In this document: positions 1 to 11,800 of the stretch, piece after piece | Layout: each line of letters begins with the position of its first letter | Numbering within the stretch: position 1 is the stretch's first letter | Assembly (NCBI GenBank): GCA_048213135.1 | Contig: PS015105.1 | Span: forward strand, 113,076-151,583 | DNA from: Reclinomonas americana ATCC 50394 | Taxonomy: Eukaryota | Reading direction: 5' to 3' | DNA length: 38,508 bases | The notes under the pieces: model-generated | Database searches by the model: none | What the model was told of the DNA's origin: nothing | Seen by the model: only the letters and a program-made list of their open reading frames with translations | Translations under genes and position numbers: made by a program

Positions 1-81
1 GAGAGTGTGTGTGTGTGTGTTATGCACTTTGTTGATCTTAACGTAATCATGTCGCTCACCTTTGCTTGTGTGATATTGCAG

Positions 82-2470
82 CAAGTGGAGCAGCTGAAGA
101 ACGAACTACACTTGATGCAACAACTGTCGCACCGCAACATTGTCGAGTACTTTGGTTGCATGCGCGAAGAGACCTCTCTGAACATCTTCATGGAGTACGT
201 GCCGGGCGGATCGCTCGCCTCGGTGATTAAGCAATTTGGTCGTCTCTCGGAGCCACTGGTCGCGCGCTACACGCGTGAGATTCTGTTGGGGCTCGAGTAT
301 TTGCACCGGAATCGCGTGGTTCATCGAGGTGAGATGTCGGAAGAGATAATCTTGTGAGACAGAAGCGTGTCACGAGCTTGTGCTTTAGATGCTCACTCTC
401 CACTCTTTGACCAGATATCAAGGGCGGCAACATTCTCGTGGATCAAAACGGTACCTGCAAGCTGGCTGACTTTGGCGCCTCCAAGGTGCTCGATCTGGCC
501 ACAGAACTCGGCACTGCGCAGGGCCAGTTCAACACCGTGCGTGGTACTCCGTGGTACATGGCTCCCGAGGTTATTCGAGAGGACGGTCATGCCAAGTTGA
601 GTTGGAGGGAATTAGAGAAGAGTTCATCAAATCACAGTCTGACAACTGTGCTTTCTCCGCAGACCGGCTGACATTTGGTCGTTGGGCTGCACCGTGATTG
701 AAATGTGCACCGGCTACCCGCCGTTCTCGCAATTCCGCAAGCCCGTGCAAGCCATGTTCCACATCGCCGCCGGCACAACACCACCCGTCATTCCCGAGCA
801 CCTGTCATCAGCGGGTCAGGTATGCTTGTGCAACACGTTTTCTGGTGTGGTGTTCATGCGCCCATTCTCACATTTCTTCATCGCTGTGCACAGGATTTCA
901 TCAAGCTGTGCCTGCGACGCCTACCACAGGACCGACCATCGGCGAGTGATTTGCTACAGCATCCGTTCATCTCTGGTGTACCATCCATTGAGTTGCGCGC
1001 GCGCGCTAGCGTGGCCCCACTTGTCCTCCACCGTGAGACTGACGATACTTAGCTGCAGTGACGCGCCACTGACACCCACATCGCCCACCGGCTCGGCCTC
1101 CATGTCGTCCAGCGGCGGATCGTCACACTACCTGACACCAGCGAGTAGCATTCGTGGTGCAGCTGGTGGTGCTGGCGGTGGCGGCGGCAGTGGTGGTGGT
1201 GCGCCCGCGGCACCCATGTCGTGGCGACCTTCATCGTTACGTGCAGATTGTCATCTTTTTTGTTTTCTGCTGCTTCTCACACTTGTGTGTCGATCGACGT
1301 ATCGCAGAATGAATCAACGGGAAGACTCGATGGCCACGATTGGCTTGCTGGATGCTGCTGTCGCTCAAGCGTTGCGTTTTCACCGTCTCACTCCTGTTGG
1401 TTTGTTTTTGGTTGCTGACGTGTGGTGGGCGACACAGTGGGCCGCGACCACGCCGCGGAAGCCTGGTGGCTCACGCCCCCGAGCACAACCCGGCACTGGA
1501 GCTCGAGCTGAAGCGAAAACTTGCTGTGGACGACGAGGACTGTGTGGTGAACGCGGATGATTCAATATTGGTGGCGCCCGCAGCCGAGGGCTACGATCGC
1601 AGCGAAGATGTGGAACGGTGGCTGTCGGAGGTTAGCTCCTTCCGTGACGATACCATCCGCAAGGTTTGTGTTCATGAAGAAGGGTCGTGGCGATGCATCT
1701 GCTCATGTCTCCTCTCCGCCCCGTCGCAGTCGCTGCACCTGGACAAGCGAACAATAACCAAGGCTTCGAGTGCGAATAGCCGCTCGGCGCGCGAGGCGCA
1801 CTCGGATCTGGTGACGACACCGCTCTACGATGACAAGCGAGAAACGCCTTCAGCCGTCCGCAAGCCGTCCCAGCCGAAGCTGTCGCCGAGGAAGCGCAGC
1901 ACCAGCCACTTGGACGCGGCACCGGAGGCTGTCGAATTACCGGACGACGACATGATGCCAGCACCACCGGCTCGGGTCTCACTAAAAGTCGACCCGCCTA
2001 GCGCCTCGTCCACCACCACCACCACCGCGGCGTATGCCTCTGTCCAGTCGCTCTCTGGCGCCGCACCGAGCTTGGAGGACAGACCAATTCGAACGGCGGC
2101 AGTGGAGGCGGACCGTGCGCGAGTCGAGCAACTCAGACGGGAGGAGGAAGAGAAGCGGAGAAAGGATGAGGAGAAGAGGCGACTGTACGAGGAGGAGGAA
2201 CGACGATTCCGTGCCGAGTTGCAAAAGTCGCCGTCGGATCCAGGCAGGCGAGATACCGTGTCACCCGTGTCGCCCGACAAGCAGCGGCGATCCATGCCAC
2301 GCGAGCTCGGTCGCAGTCCATCCAGTGGTCCGGCCAACCCGAACACACGCCGTCGCTCCCCGACGCCCACTGGCTCCGGTTCGTTGTCGGCCGCCCGGCA
2401 ACCATCGTCGCCACCTGGCACCGGGTCCGACTCGGCCGACGCCGCTCGACGCCGACCACCTCCACGGTGA
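82..2470 (+). CDS. STE11/MEKK/NPK1-like MAP kinase kinase kinase, 5'-partial, 7 internal introns
   Basis: Spliced translation gives [63 protein letters not shown] and [13 protein letters not shown]. This is followed by a low-complexity tail with a charged coiled coil ([14 protein letters not shown]); stop TGA at 2468-2470. Confidence 0.93.
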
Positions 2471-2719
2471 TAGACGGGAGACAAGGGCAGGAGGAGTGTT
2501 TTTTTCTCGTTCTCTCTCTTCCTCCTCGTTCTCTTCTCCCCTCCCCTTTTTTTGCGAAGTCGATCGGATTGTTGTGTGCGCGTGTGTGTGTGTGTGTGAA
2601 GTGGCGTATTGAGGTGACGGCGGTGTATGGCCCGTCGTCCGTAGTGCTAGTGTATGTGATGGTGCTGTGAGGCGTAACAGGGTCTCTTATTCTATTTTAC
2701 ATGCTGGTACACGAACGGA

Positions 2720-3663
2720 TCATCTGCCATGCGGCACTGCCGACACGGTGGCCGTCGTGGCCGTCACCACCGCCGCCGCAGCCGATGACACGGATGCCGA
2801 CAGCGGATCATTCTCGTACTCGACCCACACATCATCGACGACTCGCGCCCACCGCTCATCCCCACCCGCATCGTGCAGCGTCACATGCCGCGGAGCCATC
2901 TCCCCGACCTCGTCCTTGTCGCCAAGCACATCACATCCCGACAGAGTCGACGACACATGCACATAGGAGATGGTCACCTCCAGCCTAACCGCGAACAGTG
3001 TGAGTCTCTCCATCTCACTGCAGAAGACAAGCGCGAACAACAGACCGACTGGGCGATTCCAGCGCCGTGCCGAACAGAATCTCCGGCCACTCCACAATCG
3101 CCACTCCTTGTAACAGTCAGTGAGACAGTGTAGACAGGCAAAGAGTCAGAGGGCTGCTGAGAGCACCTTGTCGCGTGCACTCGGGCAGCTGTAACCTGTG
3201 CACCTCGTCAATGTGGCGCAACCGGTACAGGTCAAAGTGATGGATCGCTGCCAGCGTGTGTGTGTGTGAGTGTTAAGGTGTGAGAGACAGTGAGTGAGTG
3301 TGCGGGGTCTGTGCGCGCAACGACATGCCACCGCGGAGTTTGTCGCGTTGTACAGATTGTGCAGGAGGAATGTCGGCGAGGTGACCAGCTGTTGTTGTTG
3401 TTTCTGCTCCGACACCTCGCCCAGCAGACCGCGCACGAGGCCGCGCACAAAGGTAGTCTTGCCCGCGCCCAGATCACTGTGTGTGTGTGAGTGTGAGAGT
3501 GTGTGAAGAGAGAGGAGACAGTTGGAAGGAGTGATTGCGCGCACCCTGTGAGGTAGATCACACTGCCTTGAAGTGGTTGGCGATGAGCGAGCATGTGGCG
3601 GGCCAGTGAGTGGCCCAGGTTGAGCATGCGAGAGGCGTCGCGGATGAGAAGCCCGTGCTGCAT
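2720..3663 (-). CDS. tsaE: tRNA threonylcarbamoyladenosine (t6A) biosynthesis ATPase TsaE/YjeE, 4 introns
   Basis: Spliced motifs VIYLTGDLGAGKTTFVRG (Walker A), VTSPTFLLHNLY, PIHHFDLYRL and GVAIVEWPE are the diagnostic TsaE signature set. Introns include 3477-3544 and 3248-3321. Confidence 0.92.
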
Positions 3664-3976
3664 CTCGACGACGAGGAAAAAAGATAAGAAAAGTGCAGGA
3701 CAGCCGGTGACGTCCTTCCCCACAGATCATCGCTGCCAGCAGACTCAGTGTTCCCTTGCCCAGACAGTCTACTTGCCATCCAACAGGTGGTGCCAAGCAA
3801 GAAGACGCACGTGTTGCAAAGGACTTCGCAACTTCGAATTCGTTTTCCTTTGTCAAGAGAGCTCAGCCCGCGATCACAATTCCAACCAAGGAGAGGCATG
3901 CTTGGTGGCCACACCACGGCAGACGGCGAGCTGTCAAAGACGATCGGAAAAATGACAGGACAAGACTCGCGACCAA

Positions 3977-5072
3977 ATGCCTGGGAGCGACAGCGACGAC
4001 GAAGCCTTCTTCGACCCCGAGCTGTTCATTGACCGCAAGTGCGTGCGTGTGACTGCGTTGCTCGCCTCCGTCCTTCCTCTCACTGCAAGCGCAGCTATGA
4101 GGTGACCACGGTGGAGATTGCGCCCGATTTTCAAGTGTCGCTGAAGAGCCTCGTGCATGCGGCATCGAGTTTCGTGAGCACACCCACATGCACATGCACA
4201 TGCTCATCATCACATGCTCACAATTGCACAATGCAGCCGACTTTGATCTCACCGGGCAGGTGATGCATTCATCGTCTCTCGCTCTTCCTCGCTCATCTCT
4301 CATGACGACTGCAGGTCATCTGGCCTGCCAGCAAACTCCTTGCACATTACTTGTACGAGCAACGGTGTGTCTACTGCTCTGCTCCCTCCATCCTTTGTCG
4401 CCTGCACGTTGGCACTCACACGAGCTGGTGGTGCAGTGAGTCGCTGAGAGGCAAGGCGGTGCTTGAGCTGGGCGGTGCGTGCGTGCGCTGGTGGTTGGCG
4501 CACTGTGTGTGTGTGGTTTCTCACTTGTATGCATGCAGCGGGAGCTGGTCTTGCTGGCCTGGTGGCCGCGCAATACGCTGCGCACTGTGTTATCACCGAC
4601 GGCGAGCCACTGGTTGTCGACCTGCTGCAGGAGAATGTGGAGCGCGGTGAGACGATGAGCTTATCGGGCTCATCGCTCCCACTTTGCACTCATTGCCTGC
4701 TGTGCACGCGCAGTGGAGTCGCATCCGGATCGACGAGTGCGAGCATGTAAACTGCGCTGGGGCGTCGATCATCTCGACGATCTCGGCGAGGATCGGCACA
4801 CTCCATTCGACCTCATCATTGGTGCCGACGTGCTGTTCTGGGAAAAGGGCGTGCCGCTCATGTTTGAGACAGTGACAGAGCTGCTGCAAGAGCGGCCAGG
4901 AGCACACATGATTTTGTCGTTTGTGGATCGCGTGTCACGCATCACGGCGGCCGCATTTGCCGAGGCCGAGCGGAAGGGTTTGCGAGTAGAGGAGCTGGAG
5001 GTGCCGTTGTCGGCGCGCGAGTCGATGCAGTGTGCACAGTGGCCGCACCTGTACCGCATTGAATCACGATGA
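3977..5072 (+). CDS. Seven-beta-strand protein-lysine methyltransferase (Methyltransf_16; METTL21/23-like), 6 introns
   Basis: Spliced motifs STDFDLTGQVIWPASKLLA, VLELGAGAGLAG (motif I), VITDG, LRWG and FDLIIGADVLF (DxxF/Y motif). Confidence 0.9.
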
Positions 5073-5109
5073 TGATTTTGCCTTTATGTTTCACTCTCTC
5101 GTACACGCA

Positions 5110-6276
5110 TCATGGTGGCCTCCGCGCCTGCAACTGCTTCTGCTGCTGTTGTTGCAGCCAGCGTTCAAGCTCCTCTGCCTGCTGCGCCATGTCGTCTTCG
5201 TCGTCGTCAAAGTCATCATCGAAGAAGTCGTCCAAGCCGTCGAAGTCCTTGGCGGCGGCCGACCTTGTCGTGGTCGTGGTCGTCGTCGTTGTGGTGGTGG
5301 TTGTTGTGGACGTGCTCGTGCTCCTGCTGCCGCTGCCGCCAGTCGCGGCGATGGCGGTCATTGGCGGCAACTGCAGCTGCGGCGTCGGAAAGAACGGCGC
5401 CGACATGGGCAGATGCAGCGCCATGGACAGCGGTGGCACATACAGCGATGCCGACGGAGGTGCCAGTGGAGCTGGCGGTAGCGATGGCGGCGGTGGCGGT
5501 GGTGGTGGTGGTGGAGGTGGCGGTGGTGGTGGCGCCGCCTGTCCAAGCGAAAACGGCGGCATTCCACTCCCGGAACCCACAGCCCAACTCAACAGCGGGC
5601 TGCTGGAGACTGCGCCGCCGAACGGCGACATGGCCGGACTCTCGGCAAACGCATCGACACCGCCCGGTCGCACCGCCACATGCGCCGCCATTGCACCAGC
5701 AAAGCCCGGAACTGGCGGCGACGGCACACGCCGCAGAGAGTCCATGGGCACTCCAACCAGCGACGGAGGCGCCGGCCTGCCAGCGGCCGCCGCCACCTCC
5801 GTCAAGTGCTGCAACAACCCAGCGATTTGAGTTGCATGTCTCCCTGTGCACAAACACTCCAATCGCACGCAACATTGCGCAGCTCGGTCTCCGAGATGAA
5901 CAAGTCGGCCTCTGTCGCTCCCACTGCCTGCGCCGCTTCCACCAACCGTTCCCGTTCCGCACGCAACTGCGCCTCGCGCTTGCTCAACGCCTCACGCACA
6001 CTCCACAACACATAGTACTCGGCCTCCAAGTCCGCCATCAAGTGGTGCGCTTGCTCCACCTTCTCCCATCGAGCACTGCATCGACAGTGAGCACGCAAGC
6101 GGAGCGAGCGACACTGCAGACAGTCAACATGCACACAGACCTGTCATTCTCCACACCAGAATCCGGCACCTCCGCTGCACTCTGCAGTGAGTCACACACG
6201 CACTGGCGACACAGAGACAAGCTCGCTCACCTGGTGGTCGGTGTCGCTTGCGACTGCCCGGTCGCGTTCCCACCAT
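5110..6276 (-). CDS. Hypothetical protein: basic N-terminus, coiled coil, poly-Pro/poly-Thr, acidic C-terminus; 3 introns
   Basis: ATG 6276 (MVGTRPGSRKRHRPP, NLS-like) splices in frame to ARWEKVEQAHHLMADLEAEYY...ETELRN. A 65-nt intron (5809-5873) then joins HLTEVAAAAG...DDFFDDDFDDDEDD...ARRPP*. No family recognised. Confidence 0.6.
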
Positions 6277-6334
6277 CCCTCGTTACACAATCACAAGAGG
6301 ACGACGACGGAGGACAAGTCTCCTCCTCGCCATC

Positions 6335-8117
6335 ATGTTCACCGCGATCCTCGTCGCGCTGCTCCTCACGCTCTTCCTGATCGTGTACGTGGCCCTGGTC
6401 AGCATGCGATGGGTGACCGGCAGCTGGCCGACCTCGCTCAAGTCGGCGGCAATGCCTCCGGTCGCCGCACTGCTCACCAGTGACACGCTGGCCTTTGTGC
6501 GACGTCTGTGGACGCAGCGAGTGCGCGAGTGCCGTTGCTCACCTGCACGCGAGTTTGTCGTCTATCATAGCGCAAGGTACGGGGTGCGCCACGTGTTGCA
6601 GGATGACCGTCTCTCTTTGACGCTGTCTCTGCTGTAGCAATCCACTGTCACTGTTGACGCTGCAGCTGGTGATGCGACTGGCGCAGCGGCATCGGGACGT
6701 GCAGGTGACTATGCGTACGATCCCCAGTGCGGAAAGCGAAGTCGCGTCCGGATCGCCGGTGCACTTGTCTCGGGAGTGGGCGTTGCGCGATGCGCTGATG
6801 GTGGCGCCGCACTATGGCCTGCGTCTGCCACGTCCTCCGTTCATGGCAGCGGCAGCTGATGGAGCGGTCGATGAGGAGCGACGGAAGCTGTGGGAGGAGC
6901 ACATGGCGCACTGGCAGCGTATGCTGGTGGCGGCCGAGTACGAGTCGAGTGACGCGTATGTGCGTGTGGCGTTCCAGGCGTGGGAGGATGCGGAGGAGGT
7001 GCCGCCGGATGGCGATGCCGTGGAGCTGGTGTTAACGACGGACTCGCTGCTGGCGCTCAACATGCGCGAGCTGGTGGGGCGCGGCTACTATTCGGCGTTG
7101 CGTTGCTTGTCGGCGGGCCACCTCGTGGACGAAGAGCTCATTCTCTCTCAGCGGCGTGGTGTTCTACGACGGCGAGGCGTTTACCTTCAACCGACTGCAC
7201 ATGCTGGCGGCCAAGATCGGCGACAGTGGCACAGTGACGGCGCCACTTCCGTTGGAGTTGGTGCCGACACCTCTGCCGCGCACCACCAACTTTGTCAACT
7301 TTTTCTTCTCCGTCCGCAGGTGCATCGTCCCCAATGTGCACCCTCGCCACCGAAGACACTGTGCTCACTCCACTCACTCGCTCTCTCAGCCCGTACTCCT
7401 ACCTGGCATTCGACCGTGTTGTGCACCTGTGCATCGAGTACGGTGTGCACACGACAAGCAGCTCCCCCCCCTCCTCTCTCTCTTCTCCCCCAAGTTCTCA
7501 CTTTTCCCTTCCATCCCCTGACACCAGGACTGCATCTTCGCCTGCGCTTCCTGCTACCCATGGTGCGCCGTGGCATTCCACTGTCCACGGCCAAGCGCGC
7601 GTACATTCTGCAGGACGCCAAACGTGTGGCCAACAGCCTCAAACTCCCGTTTGGTTGGATCTGCGACCCGCTCGGCGACGGTGCCGAGCGTGTTCTCCAA
7701 GTCGGCCACTACCTGTCGGCCCTCGACGGCAGCGCCGAGAGCAGTGCCGGCCCCAACGTTGCCGCGCGCTGGTTCTCCGCCGCCATGCGCGGCATCTTCA
7801 GTCTCGGGTGGGATGTGGCGACCGACGCAGGCCTGCGCCGCGTGGCCGACCGCGCCGCCGTCTCCTGGCCAACCGTCGTCGAGGCACTGGAGCAGCCGGC
7901 CGAGGTGTGGCAGGAGGAGGCCGAACGCAACCGGCAAGAGCTGGAGGCACTCGGCATGTGGGGCGTGCCGGCCTTCCAGTGCGACCAGTTCACCGCGTGG
8001 GGGCAGGTACGCCGGTGCACGTAACGCCAAAACACACTCGCTCACACACGCGCTCCACAGGATCGTATCTGGCTGCTGGAACGGTGCCTGGCCGCCACAG
8101 CCGAGGCCAGCAAATGA
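6335..8117 (+). CDS. Tandem-domain DsbA / 2-hydroxychromene-2-carboxylate isomerase (GST-kappa superfamily) protein with N-terminal membrane anchor; 5 introns
   Basis: C-terminal domain has FFFSVRSPYSYLA, LLPMVRRG, YILQDAKRVA, DPLG, GMWGVPAF and WGQDRIWLL. A degenerate N-terminal copy has YHSASNPLSLL and GYYSAGVVFYDGEAF..NRL. The start is hydrophobic (MFTAILVALLLTLFLIVYVALV). Confidence 0.85.
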
Positions 8118-8175
8118 ATACTCATTCGTCTTGATGATTGCCACGACGATACGGATGATCTGCATGCATCACTTG

Positions 8176-8773
8176 TCAGCTAAAGGGGGGCGGAGACACC
8201 TGCAACGACGCAACACTGCATGTCGGCCCACTGCTCGCCCACAGCGTAGTCCAGTGCCTCCACCGTCCCCATCTTGGCGCCCTGCAGCATGTACACTGTG
8301 TCGCCGCACAGCAAATCAGTGACGAAAGCACAATCAACACTGATGATCCTTGATGGCGCACCTGGTCGCCCATATCGCACGATGATGAACGTCGGCAATG
8401 CCACCACAGCGTACGCACTGGCCGCATCCACCTCCTGATCCACATCAATCTGCATGCACACACAACGAAGCATTTGAGTGTCGACAGACAGAGAAGCACT
8501 CTCTCTCTCTCTNNNNNNNNNNNNNNNNNNNNNNNNNNNNNNNNNNNNNNNNNNNNNNNNNNNNNNNNNNNNNNNNNNNNNNNNNNNNNNNNNNNNNNNN
8601 NAGCACACACGCACATGCGCATGCGCAGACAACTCTACATCTGCACGCAACGGACTGTGGAAGAAGAGCACGAGCAGACGATCCACTCCCGGCGTCATTG
8701 TCTCATGCACCTCATACGCCATCTCGCCACTTGTCACATCCACAATGCGCGGACCACCACAACACGCACCCAT
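8176..8773 (-). CDS. Thioredoxin-family protein with N-terminal MGACC acylation motif (active-site exon lost in N-gap)
   Basis: LLVLFFHSP before the gap; IDVDQ, AYAVVALPTFIIVRYGRP and VYMLQGAK after it. The 3' end is ambiguous (8176 or 8180). Confidence 0.8.
8513..8601. other. Assembly gap (N run) next to a (CT)n microsatellite
   Basis: N bases in the sequence. Confidence 0.99.
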
Positions 8774-8867
8774 ACTGCAACCACAAGACAGGAACAAAAT
8801 CGGTCCCGCGAGGACCTTTTCAGATCGTCCGGGTGTGCTGCAGCACGAGCTCCACTTGTGCGCATCG

Positions 8868-11800
8868 ATGAGTGTCATGCATCGCCGTCGCGATCCAGTG
8901 GTGGAACGTTGCGTGTCTGTCTGTGGCGCTCAAGTGAGATCCAGATTTGGACTCGTTCATTGTATGCGTGCGATCAGTGGCCGAGGACGTGCTGGTTCGC
9001 GTATGTGAGTTCTGCACTGCGATGGATCTGCTTCGTGGCGTGCAACTGACATGCAGGTTCGCGCGAGATGGTTGTGGCGTGGCGTGTGTGTGTGCATTGA
9101 GTGATTGATCGCTGCAGGCATTGGCGATCGGCGGTGCTGCGGGTGCGATCGCTTTCCGTGACTGGCAGCGGCAAGAAGATCAAGCTCGATGCACCTGCGT
9201 GTCGATCGTTGGCGAGGTGTTCGCAGCTTGCGTCTCTGCCTGTCTCTTTTCCGCCGTCGCTCATTCGAGGGGAGCAGGTTTTGCCGAGTCACGCATCTGC
9301 GCTTCTCCGGGTGCACGGTACCGCGCGATCTGTTCCAGAGCTTTGCGCTGACGCCGAGCGTGAAAGACGAACCGCTGCCAGTGGAGGAGGAAGCGTATTA
9401 CGACGATGACGAGGAGTATGAGGACGAGGATGTCGTCGGCTCGCCACTGGAGCACCCGGTGCGACGGCATGCGTTGCGATCGGTGGAGTTCAACACGTGC
9501 AAGCTGCCGGCGGCCGACAAGAACAGTCTGAATCGAGCCTTGTCACTCGAGTCGAGTTCCTGCTCGTTTCTGCTGACGGCCATGAGTCGCACGCCGGCCA
9601 TCACGTTTTCCCACGTGCATCTGGGCGTTCGCGAGTTGTCCGCCGTTCTCAGCCATGCAGGTGACACCGTGGACTGAACTGGCATAGTCTCTCGCTCTCT
9701 CAGACGCTGTTCCTCATTCTTTCTCCCTCGCTGTAGTGGTGGGTCGGCGGCTGGTGGCACTCGAGTTGCACAATTGTCGCGGAATCGAGCAGTCGGTGCT
9801 GGTCATTCCTGCATGTGCGTCTCTCACTCCCTTGCGGCTCGACACTGGTCGACGAGCTAACTCGCTCGATCCCTTGTATTCTCTGATGCGTAGCCATGAC
9901 GACCTTGCGACGCCTCTGCTTGACTGTGTCGCAGCCTGTGGTGGTACACGCACCACAGCTGCAGCACCTGGCCGTCGACTCACCACAGCGGGCGAGTCCT
10001 CTGACACTCCAGCTCAGTAAGGCCACTGCGCAGCACCTTGAGTTCTTGAGGTTGGTCGACTCCAGCAGTCTCATCTCTCATGTCTCTCTGTGCTCATTTC
10101 GGAGCATGTGTTCTCGCTTCAGTTTCGCCGGCCACGTGACGGGCTTTGATGTGATTCGAGAAGAGGTTGGAGGGCAGGCAGGAGACGGCGACCATCTTGC
10201 TGTGGATAGACCAGTGTCGCCCCTGAAGAGACTCGGTGAGTGACTGGCATGTCATCTAAGAGTTCTGCATCGTCCTTATCCCATTTGGTAGTCCTCGACC
10301 TGAAGAATGGCAGCACGATCACTCTGTTCCGACTGACTGTGGAGGTGTGTTCGTGTCGGTGGAGCGCCTGGCTACTGATGCTCACGATGATAGATTTGTC
10401 GTGCAGCTTGGCTCAATGCCGCACCTGACGCACCTGACCATATGTGGTGGAACTCTCGACGAGGGCACCGTCGAGCACCTGGTCGAGCGCACGTTGGCGG
10501 GTGGTAATTTGCGCAAGCTCAAGCTCCTTCGTCCCGCTGTGCCGGTTCGCATGTCGATGTGTTGCGCACGAATAGAAATGTCCACGATCCCATGTGCGCG
10601 TGCGCAGGAGAACGCGGGCGTGGCTCCTGCTGTTACCCTGACGGCTGTTCTGAGTGCTGTACCGAGGCTCGAGTCACTGACTCTTGGCGGACTGCGTGTT
10701 CCGGGAGAGATACGGATTCGCTTGCGCCAGCTGCGCAAGCTGCGCGCCTTGTGGTGCTCCATGCGTGAACTTCATCTCGCCACGCCGGCACTCGAACGGT
10801 TTGAGAGCACCTCGTCTCTCGCCTGCGATTTTCTGTCGACTTGCTCACTTCCAGTTTGTCGCACAGGCTGCAAGTGGATGGATCCGACCGACTGGCGTCA
10901 ATCACGGTGGAGGACGATGCGCCTCTGCTGTTGCTTCGCTACGTCGATGTGACCGGCACGCTGATCGATGACGCATGCTTCACTGCCCTTCTCCGCGCGC
11001 CACGGTTTGCAGGGCGTGTCGGGTCTGTTCCCCTTGCAGCTGGTCAGCTTACCGTTTCTCCCTCTCTCTCCGCGGTCAGGTTGCAGCGCGTACGTGCCGC
11101 TCACTGCTCACGGTTGCAGAATGTGCGCGTGCCGGAGACGGCGAGAGAGCTCGGTCTGCTGTCGGTGCAGGAGTCGGCGGGTGTGGAATCGGTAAGCGTT
11201 GCCGGTCGGCCTGATCTCATTCTGTGCACGCATGGTGCGACGGGCATGCGCCGAATCGATGTTCCGCGAGGTATGAGCGCAGCACAACGCTGGGTTCACA
11301 TAACTCGCAAGTTGACGATGCATGTGATCCACACAGGAGGCGTCTCGTCCCTGACACTGACCTCGGTGTATGGCGGGCTGTCACTCGCCAACCTTGTACA
11401 TTTGACGGACCTCTCCCTGGATGGTGCGATCCGATTGGAGGATGCTACGGCCTTGCTCTCTGGACTGCGCTCACCACTTCGCCGTCTGAGCTTGCGTGGC
11501 TGCTCGAGTCTGCGGTCGCTGAGCTTGCACGATGCCGCGGAGGATGGCATCGGACGATGGCAGTGCTTGTCGACACTCTGCCTCACTGGGTCTGTCTGTG
11601 TGTATGTTGATATTCTCTCGCTGCTGCAGTGTTGACCAACTGACTTGGCACATCCAGCTGCCAAAATCTGGAGACACTGACGTTGGCGTGTCCGTTACTG
11701 GAGTTGATCATGGGTCTGGAATCGCTGACACGATTGCACACGACTCACCTGTGGCTGCCGCGGCTCCTCTCGCTGAGCTTGCCACCGTCGTCGGATGCGA

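Noticed and set aside
5802-5900. Frameshift or pseudogene in the 5110-6276 gene
   Set aside because: Resolved by a 65-nt GT-AG intron (5809-5873) with a shifted-class donor.
2720-8117. Bacterial contamination explaining TsaE and the DsbA gene
   Set aside because: Both carry multiple host-style spliceosomal introns and are contiguous with eukaryote-specific genes.
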